Source: Meiothermus sp.
Lineage (GTDB): Bacteria > Deinococcota > Deinococci > Deinococcales > Thermaceae
DNA length: 53,156 bases
Direction: 5' to 3'
NCBI GenBank assembly: GCA_033762915.1
Contig: JANRLD010000033.1
Coordinates: forward strand, 1-53,156
Every line of letters begins with the position of its first letter. Positions within the stretch are counted from its first letter, which is position 1. This document shows, piece after piece, positions 45,770 through 53,156 of the stretch. The notes below the pieces were generated by a model. It was not told the origin of the DNA and made no database searches. It saw nothing but the letters and a program-made list of their open reading frames with translations. Made by a program: the position numbers and the translations under genes.

Positions 45770-45999
45770 TCGCGTTTCCCAGCCATACCCCGCCCACAAT
45801 ACTGCACTAAAGCGTGCGCAAAAACGTGCGCAAAAGCGGAGTATTGCACTTGGTACGGCGGTTTTTGCCGTACCGAGTGGGCGCGGGAACCGCTGTGAGG
45901 CTCTACCGCAGAAGGACACAAGCCCCTTTGGGAAGGGATTAACGTAGTACCCAAGGCGGATGCCCGGCGGCATTGGCCAGAGCTTCCAAGGAGGCTGTG

Positions 46000-46443
46000 A
46001 TGTTTAAGAAAATCCTGATCCCCACCGACGGCAGTGTCTTCGGTCATGACGCCCTGGAGCAGGGCCTAAACCTGGCCAAGATGTGCGGCGGGGAGGTTAC
46101 CTTCCTGTTCGCGGTGGAGAACCCCTACCAGCCCTTTCAGAACTATGCTACCCAGCCCCGCGAGTACTTCGACCGCCTGATGGCCGAGTACAAGACCCGG
46201 GCCGAGCTGGCCCTGGGGCGCATCTCCGAGGAGGCCGCGATCAGCGGGGTGCAGGCTCGAGCCCTCATCGTCGAAGCCGACCCCATCCCCGCCATTCTCT
46301 CCGCCGCAAGGGAGCACGACCTGGTGGTGATGGCCACCCACGGGCGCACGGGCCTAGACCGGATGCTGATGGGCAGCGTGACCGAGACGGTGCTGCATAG
46401 CTGCACTACGCCGGTTCTGGTGGTGCGCGGGGCTTCGGCGTAG
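46000..46443 (+). CDS. Universal stress protein
   Basis: 'FKKILIPTDGS' and 'DLVVMATHGRTGLDRMLMGSVTETVL'. Confidence 0.93.
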   Translation: MFKKILIPTDGSVFGHDALEQGLNLAKMCGGEVTFLFAVENPYQPFQNYATQPREYFDRLMAEYKTRAELALGRISEEAAISGVQARALIVEADPIPAILSAAREHDLVVMATHGRTGLDRMLMGSVTETVLHSCTTPVLVVRGASA

Positions 46444-46451
46444 TGGATAGA

Positions 46452-46487
46452 AGAGCGCCTCGAGCCGGTCCCGGTTCGAGGCGCTCT
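46452..46487. terminator. Hairpin between convergent genes (probable bidirectional terminator)
   Basis: AGAGCGCCTCGAGCCGG-tc-CCGGTTCGAGGCGCTCT. Confidence 0.6.
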
Positions 46488-46498
46488 GGTTTGCGGGG

Positions 46499-47622
46499 CT
46501 ACCCCGAGGCCGGGCTGTGGCCCTCGCCTAGGCTGGCGGGCTTGCCGTAGGCTTCGGGGTAGAGGTACTTGCCGCGCTCGGCGGCGGGTTTCTCCACCTC
46601 GACCTGAATGCGGTTTTGGGCCGCGTAGGGGTCGTTGCGGATGCCTGTCACATGCCAGGAGACCTTCACGCCTGGTTTGTCGGTCTGGATGACGAACCGG
46701 TTGTCCCGAATTTCCTCCTTCACAATGGCCTGAGCGAAACTGCCAATGACTGTGAGCTGGTAGCGGAAGTCTGTGTTGAGGGCCTCGAAGTAATCGGGCA
46801 GTCTGACCGTGGCGAAGCCCCCGGCGTCGGTGACGACGTTGCCGTTGTAGACGTTCATCATGTCTGGCGACTCGACGAAGGAGTGGTAGAGGTACTTGTT
46901 TGTGGGGTCGAGCGGGTGATCAATCTTAAACGAGCCGCTGCCCTTAGACACCGAGCCGGAGACCGAGAGGTTGCCCTGAACCCGGACGTTGCCGACGAAG
47001 TCCCCGGCCAGTCTGGTGGGGCTGTCTGTGGAGGCATAGAGAGCGTCGCTCTCGAGGCTGCGAACGAACAGGCCGGTACCGCTCCGGGCATAGGCGTAGA
47101 CCGCGTTCCCGCTCTCGCTCAGGCCCTCCACTCCGTTCTAGCTCCGCCCGCTGCCCATCACCCCCGCCCCGGAGGGTTGACCCATAGGTTGCCGCCCGCC
47201 ACACCCAGGATGGCCACCCCCAGGCTGTCGCTGCTATTGTTGGTGAGGTTGAACAGGGCTCGAGGGTTCTCGTTGCCCCTCGAGCCGCTCGCGCTCAGGG
47301 GTAAGGAGAACATTGCACCCGTGATCGTCCCGTTGTCTGGTGTCGTCGAGGGTGTAGCCCAGGCCAGTGAGCTGCCGTTCCACGACAACACCTGACCGTC
47401 TGTTGGGGGGACAGCGGTGGCGAGCCTGGAGGCCGTAACCGAGCCGTTGGCCTCGAGGGCCGCCACTGCTGTTCTCAAGATGGTGAAGTTGGAGTTCACG
47501 TCCGCCGACTTAATCGCGGTGCCCGACTGAAACGAGATGAGGTCGCCCACCGCCATCCCGAACAGCTCGCCCGCCGTCACCACTGCGCCAATCCAGAAAT
47601 ACCTGCCGAGTCTGCGCTTCAT
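46499..47622 (-). pseudogene. Disrupted secreted fibre/adhesin-like protein with tail-fibre chaperone-like C-terminus
   Basis: The 5' part (MKRRLGRY... 'ISFQSGTAIKSADVNSNF') stops at 47158. Adding one G in the G-rich run near 47170 restores '...PPGAGVMGSGRS*NGVEGLSESG', which still has an in-frame TAG near 47140 before the 3' part ('GSFKIDHPLDP..KYLYHSFVESP'). Confidence 0.75.
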
Positions 47623-47632
47623 CGTCGCTCCT

Positions 47633-47761
47633 CTACTGCCAGGTGACCTGATCCCACTGGCTGCTGTCCCAGGTGCCTTTGTCGCCACCGCTCCCGCTTC
47701 CGCTTCCGCCACACGCCGCGAGGATCAGTAACACTACCAACAGCGCGAATCGCCGTCTCAT
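47633..47761 (-). CDS. 42-aa lipoprotein with Gly/Ser linker and WDxxxWDxxxW tail
   Basis: RBS GGAGG; MRRRFALLVVLLILAAC lipobox; mature part CGGSGSGSGGDKGTWDSSQWDQVTWQ. Confidence 0.75.
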   Translation of the reverse strand: MRRRFALLVVLLILAACGGSGSGSGGDKGTWDSSQWDQVTWQ

Positions 47762-47875
47762 GGTGCCTCCTGTGACTGGAAGGTTAGCTGGGTGGGCGTT
47801 TTTTGGCGTTATGCTGGGTTGCCAGAAAAGCAAAACCCGACGCTCGTAAACGCCGGGCTCGAGGCTGTGGTGCCC

Positions 47876-48358
47876 TCAGCGCTCGGTAGGCTCGGGCTTG
47901 ATGTAGCCGCCGCGCACGGTCGAGCCGATGGTCAGCGCTGCCGCTACCAGCACAATATTTTTGATGATGTACTGGCCCTCGAGGTTGGGCATAATGGGGA
48001 ATCGGGTGAAGGTCTCGGAGGGGAACAAGAATAGCGGCATTACGGTGCCCGCCATCTGCAACAACAGCAGCAGGATGGTGGCCCGCATGAACAGCCCGGT
48101 GATCAGCCCCAGTCCAATCAGGGTTTCCCAGGCCGCCAGGACCGGCAGGCTGACCGCCGGCAGCACCAGCCCAAAGGTCAGGGTCTGGATGGTTCGGCCC
48201 GCCAACTCCTCGGCGGGTGAGGCGGCGGGGAAGAACTTGAGCACCCCGAACCAGAAGAAGACGATGCCCAGGCTGATGCGCAGGATGGTCAGGCTGTTGT
48301 GGGCCAGCCAGCGGGTGATCCGCCGGTCGATTCGGTCGAGCTTTCTGGGCGACACCAT
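47876..48358 (-). CDS. DoxX family membrane protein
   Basis: 'LRISLGIVFFWFGVLKFF' and 'EGQYIIKNIVL'; RBS AGGAG. Confidence 0.85.
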   Translation of the reverse strand: MVSPRKLDRIDRRITRWLAHNSLTILRISLGIVFFWFGVLKFFPAASPAEELAGRTIQTLTFGLVLPAVSLPVLAAWETLIGLGLITGLFMRATILLLLLQMAGTVMPLFLFPSETFTRFPIMPNLEGQYIIKNIVLVAAALTIGSTVRGGYIKPEPTER

Positions 48359-48520
48359 AGACAACTCCTAGACACAAGTGTGACAAAACCTCGAGGGAGG
48401 TTTGTCCCCTATGCAGAGTTATCGCAGGGCCTCGAGAGTTCACCCTGAGTGCCGGCTGAAGCCTCGGCGATGGGTTCGCACCCAGGGCCAAGGGAGGGGC
48501 TGGAGCGGCCCAGGTTATCC

Positions 48521-49231
48521 TTACTTCTTCCCGATCCCGGCCTGCTCGAGCCGCCCCTCGATGCCGGAGTAGTGTTTCCGCAGCGCGGCCTGGGCCTGCT
48601 CGATGTCCCCGGCCTTGATGGCCTCGAGGATGGCGCGGTGGTCGCGGTAGGTTTTCAGCGGCTCGGACTTGGGCGGCTCGCCGTGGTTCATCAGGCGGTT
48701 GAAGGCCAGCCAGAACACGTCCAGGAGCCTGGAGATGATGGGGTTGTCGAGCCGTCGAAACAGGCAGAGGTGGAAGTCGCGGTCTTCCTCGGGAAAGTTC
48801 TGGCCCGCTCTGGCCTTGGCCTCCATGCGTCCCAGTACGGCCTCGAGGTCGCCGAGCCAGGCAGGGGTAGCGGCCTCAATGGCCCGCTCCACCAGCGCCA
48901 CCTCGAGCACCCGCCGCACCTCGAGCAGGTTGGCCAGGTCGCGCAGCTCGTGCATGCCGTAGGCCAGGTTGTCCAGCAGGGGCTCGAGCGAGAAGCCCTT
49001 TACGAACAGCCCGCTGCCGTGGCGCACCTCCACAATACCCACCGACTCCAGCGATTTGCTGGCCTCGCGCACCGCGTTGCGACTGACCCCCAGTTGTTGG
49101 GCCAGTTGTACCTCTGAGGGCAGGGGGTCGCCCGCTTGCAGGTGGTTCTCTGAGATGTAGCGCCGGATGCGCTCCGCGACCTGCTGGGGCCGCGAGGGGG
49201 GGCGCTCGAGGGGGCCGATGGGACGATCCAT
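48521..49231 (-). CDS. GntR/FadR family transcriptional regulator
   Basis: HTH 'LPSEVQLAQQLGVSRNAVREA' and FCD 'DRDFH...HRAILEAI...H'. Only the last ~236 aa of the long ORF are real. Confidence 0.92.
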   Translation of the reverse strand: MDRPIGPLERPPSRPQQVAERIRRYISENHLQAGDPLPSEVQLAQQLGVSRNAVREASKSLESVGIVEVRHGSGLFVKGFSLEPLLDNLAYGMHELRDLANLLEVRRVLEVALVERAIEAATPAWLGDLEAVLGRMEAKARAGQNFPEEDRDFHLCLFRRLDNPIISRLLDVFWLAFNRLMNHGEPPKSEPLKTYRDHRAILEAIKAGDIEQAQAALRKHYSGIEGRLEQAGIGKK

Positions 49232-49265
49232 AGCGGGTTCCCAGTCTAACCTAGGACAGATTCTC

Positions 49266-49294
49266 TTGACACATATCCTACAAGTGGATATGCT
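49266..49294 (+). promoter_or_regulatory. Sigma-A promoter overlapped by a palindromic operator
   Basis: TTGACA-17nt-TATGCT, with CATATCC-N7-GGATATG (49272-49292) across the spacer and -10. Confidence 0.7.
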
Positions 49295-49375
49295 ACGACT
49301 CGCGTCACAATAAGTCAAATGCGTCCTCGAGGCGTCTCGAGTCCGTGTTTGACCTCGAGAAGCAAAGGAGGAGGT

Positions 49376-50914
49376 ATGAAGCGTTGGCTGCAATCGCTGT
49401 TGGCCGCTACCCTTTTGGGGAGTTCGGCTCTGGCCCAGGGGGTCATGACCGGGGGCTTTGACGTCGGGCCGGGGGGTGCGCCGGGGGTTTACAACCCGCT
49501 GGCTGCGACCGCCGGGTTCACTTGGCTCCAGAAATACTTCTCGCCGTTGGTGGTCTACGATGTGAACTTCCAAAGGCTCCAGGGCGAGCTGGCCGAGAGC
49601 TGGGCGGCGGCCAACAACGGGCGGCAGTACATCTTTGTGCTGCGCCAGGGCGTGAAGTGGCACGACGGCCAGCCCTTCACCGCCGCCGACGTGAAGTTCA
49701 CCCTCGACCTGATCCGCAACCCCGACACCGGCTCGATCTTCCAGTCGCGCCTGGCCGGCATCACCAATGTGCGGGCGGTAAGCGCCAACCGGGTCATTCT
49801 CGACCTTTCGACCCCCAACGCGGGCCTGCTGGATACCCTGACCCTGGTCCCGATGCTGCCCCGGCATCAGCTCCAGAACATTGCTCCCCGCGACATCGCT
49901 CGCTCGGACTGGTGGCGCACCAACCCGGTGGGCACCGGCCCCTTCAAGTGGGGCCGCCTGGTGCCGGATCAGTTTGTGGAACTGGTCGCCAACCCCGACT
50001 ACTGGCGCGGCAGGCCCAAGCTGGATCGGCTGGTCAACCGCTACTTCCGCGAGGCAGGCAGCGCGGTGCTGGCCTTGCGCTCCGGCGACATCCAGTTCAC
50101 CTACGTGACCGCCGACGAGGCCGCCGCATTGCGCAACGATCCCAATATCCAGATCATCGGCGGGCCGTCGCAGGTGGTCAACTACATGGGCTTCAACCTG
50201 AAGGATCCGCGCTTCCAGAACCCCAAGGTGCGCGAGGCCATCGTCGCTGCCATTGACCGCAAGGCCATCCTGGACTCGCTCTTCGGCGGAACCGCCAACC
50301 CCACCGGCTGCATCTACACCAACAGCCGCTTCGTCCCCAAGGGCCTGGACGGCAACACCTTCAACCAGGCGCGGGCCAGGCAGCTGCTGCAAGAGGCCAA
50401 CTGGAACAGCATCAAGGGTCAGCCCATTGAGTTCCTGACCTACTACTCCGACAAGCTCTCCGCCGATGTGATGGTGGCAATCCAGCAGATGCTGGCCGAC
50501 GTGGGCGTGGAGGTGCGCATCCGCGCCGTGGACGTACCCACCTACAACTCCACCACCGCCGCCGGCAACTTCACCCTGGTCTACGCCGGTCAGGGCAACG
50601 GCCCCGACCCCGACAGCCCAACCATCCTCTTCGACTCCACGACCGCCCCGCCGCGCGGCTCCAACCGCTGGGGCTTTGCCAGCCAGGCCGTGGATCAGCT
50701 CATTAACCGGGGCCGGGCCGAGCTGTCCACTGCCCGCCGCAACACCATCTACCAGAACCTCTGCAGCGCCCTGGCCGCCGAGCTGCCCATCGCGCCAATG
50801 TGGATATCGCAGCGCTTCGGCGCGGTGAGCAAGCGGGTCGGCAACTTTGTCTGGACGCCCGCGCCCGGCGGGGGCCGCTATTACGACGCCGCCGAGCAGT
50901 GGACGATTAGATAA
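49376..50914 (+). CDS. ABC transporter substrate-binding protein, family 5
   Basis: Signal peptide ending 'SALA'; 'LRQGVKWHDGQPFTAADVKFT' and 'PVGTGPFK'; RBS AAGGAGGAGG. Confidence 0.92.
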   Translation: MKRWLQSLLAATLLGSSALAQGVMTGGFDVGPGGAPGVYNPLAATAGFTWLQKYFSPLVVYDVNFQRLQGELAESWAAANNGRQYIFVLRQGVKWHDGQPFTAADVKFTLDLIRNPDTGSIFQSRLAGITNVRAVSANRVILDLSTPNAGLLDTLTLVPMLPRHQLQNIAPRDIARSDWWRTNPVGTGPFKWGRLVPDQFVELVANPDYWRGRPKLDRLVNRYFREAGSAVLALRSGDIQFTYVTADEAAALRNDPNIQIIGGPSQVVNYMGFNLKDPRFQNPKVREAIVAAIDRKAILDSLFGGTANPTGCIYTNSRFVPKGLDGNTFNQARARQLLQEANWNSIKGQPIEFLTYYSDKLSADVMVAIQQMLADVGVEVRIRAVDVPTYNSTTAAGNFTLVYAGQGNGPDPDSPTILFDSTTAPPRGSNRWGFASQAVDQLINRGRAELSTARRNTIYQNLCSALAAELPIAPMWISQRFGAVSKRVGNFVWTPAPGGGRYYDAAEQWTIR

Positions 50915-50966
50915 CCGCCTTGGCGGGCGGGGCTACTCCTCCTGGTCCCGCCCGCACCCTTCTGCC

Positions 50967-52070
50967 ATGCTGACCCTCGCCCAGCCCGTCTTCCGAGCCC
51001 GGAGCGGTGGCTACTTCAACCACCGTATCCCGGCGTTGGTTGCGACCGCAGAGGGCTCTGTGCTGGCCTTCTGCGCCGCCCGCTACGGCATCGGAGATGA
51101 CTGGGACACCAGCGACCTGGTTGTGCGCCGGAGCGAGGACGGCGGGCAGCGTTGGGGCGACGTACAGGTCCTCGCCGGAGACGGCAAAGCGCCCCACGAC
51201 AATGCGGCCCCGATAGCGGCTCGAGACGGCACCGTACACCTGTTGTACAGCGCGGCTTCGAGCCGCCTCTTCTACCGCCGCAGCCTCGACGATGGGTTGA
51301 GCTTTTCGGAGCCTCGAGAGATCACGGAGGTGCTCGAGGGGTTCAGGGACGAGTACCTTTGGAATGTCGCGGTGCCCGCGCCGGGGCACGGAGTCGAACT
51401 CAAGAGTGGCCGCCTGCTGGTTCCGGTCTGGATGTCGACGGGAGGGCTGCTACACCGTCCCTCGGCGGTCGCTACGATTTTCAGCGACGACGGCGGGAAA
51501 AGCTGGCGAAGAGGGGAGATGGTGTGTGGCGACGGGGTGGTCAAGAACCCCAGCGAGTCGACCGCCACACAGCTTTCCGACGGTCGGGTGATGCTGGTGA
51601 TCCGCAACGAGACGCCTCGAGCCCAGCGCTTGTTGGCGTTTAGCGCGGATGGGGCCTCGGGTTGGGAGACGCGTTTCGCCCCTGACCTGAGAGAGCCGGT
51701 CTGCATGGGCAGCCTGATTCGCCTGGATGATTCGACGCTCTGCTACGTCGGCCCAAACCCCCCGACCCAGTCCACCCAGCCCTGGTACGGGCGCACCGCG
51801 CCGCAGGACTCGAGCTCAGACCTCCATGCCGCCCCGCTCGAGCGCACCCATCTCAGTGCGTGGTTGAGCCTCGACGACGGCCAGTCCTGGCAGCCGCCCG
51901 TGCTCCTTGATGCGGGCTTTGGGGCGTACTCCGACCTCACGGTCGGGCCGGACGGCACGCTGTTGTGCTTGTACGAGTCGGGGGCCATAAACGGCAACAT
52001 GTTCGACCCGCAGGCGCTCTCGCTGCTACGGCTGGATGCTCGAGGGCTGAAAGAGGGCAGCACGCCATGA
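50967..52070 (+). CDS. Sialidase/neuraminidase-like protein (GH33)
   Basis: RIP motif, Asp-boxes (SEDGGQRW, SLDDGLSF, SDDGGKSW, SLDDGQSW), 'PSES', 'VIRN' and 'GAYS'; no signal peptide. Confidence 0.85.
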   Translation: MLTLAQPVFRARSGGYFNHRIPALVATAEGSVLAFCAARYGIGDDWDTSDLVVRRSEDGGQRWGDVQVLAGDGKAPHDNAAPIAARDGTVHLLYSAASSRLFYRRSLDDGLSFSEPREITEVLEGFRDEYLWNVAVPAPGHGVELKSGRLLVPVWMSTGGLLHRPSAVATIFSDDGGKSWRRGEMVCGDGVVKNPSESTATQLSDGRVMLVIRNETPRAQRLLAFSADGASGWETRFAPDLREPVCMGSLIRLDDSTLCYVGPNPPTQSTQPWYGRTAPQDSSSDLHAAPLERTHLSAWLSLDDGQSWQPPVLLDAGFGAYSDLTVGPDGTLLCLYESGAINGNMFDPQALSLLRLDARGLKEGSTP

Positions 52071-53023
52071 CCACCTACGCCCTACAGCGCCTCCTCATCG
52101 CCATACCCACGCTGCTGGTGGTCACGGTACTGGTCTTCACCATGCTCCAGTTCACCCCCGGCGACCCGCTCGACGCCTACCTTCCGCCCGACCAGATCGT
52201 TTCCGAGGCCCAGCGCGAGCGCCTGCGCCAAGACCTCGGCCTCGACCAGCCGCCGGTGGTGCAATACTTCTTCTGGCTGGGCCGCGCCCTTCAAGGCAAC
52301 CTGGGGCTGCGGGCCAAGAACTACGAGCCGGTCAACCAGGCCATCGGCAACCGCGTAGGCCCGACCCTGCTCCTGATGGCAGCGGGGATGGGTCTGGGCA
52401 TCAGCCTGGGCATCGGTCTGGGGATTCTGGCGGCGGTGCGCCAGTACAGCATTACCGACTCCGCCCTTACCGTGCTGGCCTTCCTGGGGATCTCCACGCC
52501 CGCCTTCATCGCGGGGCTGCTGGGCCTCTACTTCTTCTCGCTCAAGCTGGGCTGGTTCCCCTCCGGCGGCTTCGAGAACCCCAGCGCCACCAACCCCTTC
52601 TTGGACCGGCTGCACCACCTGGTCTTGCCGGCGGTGGTGCTCTCGCTGTTCTACATCGCGGTCATCATGCGCTATACCCGGGCGGCGATGCTCGAGGCCA
52701 TCTCGCAGGACTACGTGCGAACCGCGCGGAGCAAGGGGCTCGAGGAGCGCGTGGTCATCAACAAGCACACCCTTCGCAATGCCCTGCTGCCGGTCGTCAC
52801 CATCATTGGTGCCAACCTGGCCAACCTGCTGGGCGGGGCCATCTTCATCGAGAGCATCTACTCCTGGCCAGGGATGGGGTCGCTGTACCTCGACGCGGTG
52901 GAGTCCCGCGACTACCCCCTCATCATGGGCCTCACCCTGATCCTAGCCTCGGCGGTCTTGATCGCCAACCTGCTTACCGACATGCTGTACGCGGTGATTG
53001 ACCCGAGAATTAGGTACAACTAA
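52067..53023 (+). CDS. Peptide-type ABC transporter permease (DppB/OppB family)
   Basis: 'TPGDPL', 'DYVRTARSKGL' and 'DPRIRY'; ATGA overlap with the sialidase stop. Confidence 0.92.
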   Translation: MTTYALQRLLIAIPTLLVVTVLVFTMLQFTPGDPLDAYLPPDQIVSEAQRERLRQDLGLDQPPVVQYFFWLGRALQGNLGLRAKNYEPVNQAIGNRVGPTLLLMAAGMGLGISLGIGLGILAAVRQYSITDSALTVLAFLGISTPAFIAGLLGLYFFSLKLGWFPSGGFENPSATNPFLDRLHHLVLPAVVLSLFYIAVIMRYTRAAMLEAISQDYVRTARSKGLEERVVINKHTLRNALLPVVTIIGANLANLLGGAIFIESIYSWPGMGSLYLDAVESRDYPLIMGLTLILASAVLIANLLTDMLYAVIDPRIRYN

Positions 53024-53156
53024 GTGTCTGAATGGTTCAACTGCGAAATGCCGCCCCAAACGCCAGTAGGGAGTTGCGCCCCGGGTAGCTGCTCCGCAGC
53101 TATGGCGCAAGCCACTCCGCCCCCGGGTAGCTGCTCCGCAGCTATGACGCAACTTA
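53021..53156 (-). mobile_element. Modular MITE/BOX-like element, copy 5
   Basis: TAAGTGTCTG...GACGCAACTTA with two internal units. It begins at the permease TAA stop and ends at the last base of the window. Confidence 0.75.

Noticed and set aside
47138..47160. Programmed frameshift or TAG read-through in the fibre-like gene
   Set aside because: Two separate recoding events would be needed and no recoding signal or pyl genes are visible; a pseudogene is simpler.
49232..50392. Apparent 387-aa N-terminal extension of the GntR regulator
   Set aside because: It is antisense to the SBP gene and crosses the divergent promoter; the GntR domain starts near 49231.

Overview
A GC-rich bacterial chromosome segment, most likely Deinococcota/Thermaceae (Meiothermus/Calidithermus-like). 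That placement is inferred from the Thermus-type nuo/nqo proteins, MqnD, an M32 carboxypeptidase and leaderless -10 promoters. Most of it is core genome: dppBC, an HxlR/VOC pair, ychF, a VWA protein, a fabZ-lpxA-lpxB-like-MsbA-like cluster, mqnD, a Crp/Fnr regulator, T-box-controlled ileS, tal, rho, a LysM/M23 peptidase, a complete 14-gene nuoA-N operon, a PIG-L deacetylase, hisA, a USP, a DoxX protein and the start of a GntR-regulated sialidase/ABC uptake locus. I found no rRNA, tRNA, CRISPR array or transposase. The most unusual signals are: (1) NuoN fused to about 197 aa of predicted extracytoplasmic beta-sandwich; (2) NuoH with a signal-peptide-like N-terminus apparently built from an intergenic repeat; (3) repeat-derived spacers at operon junctions that are spanned by short 'bridge' ORFs coupled to both neighbouring genes; (4) five copies of a modular TAAGT...ACTTA element; (5) strong over-representation of CTCGAG; (6) a 42-aa WDxxxWDxxxW lipoprotein paired with a now broken fibre-like secreted protein; (7) an IleRS with a non-canonical AMHH signature. 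All calls come from reading the sequence and recalling family features. No searches were run.
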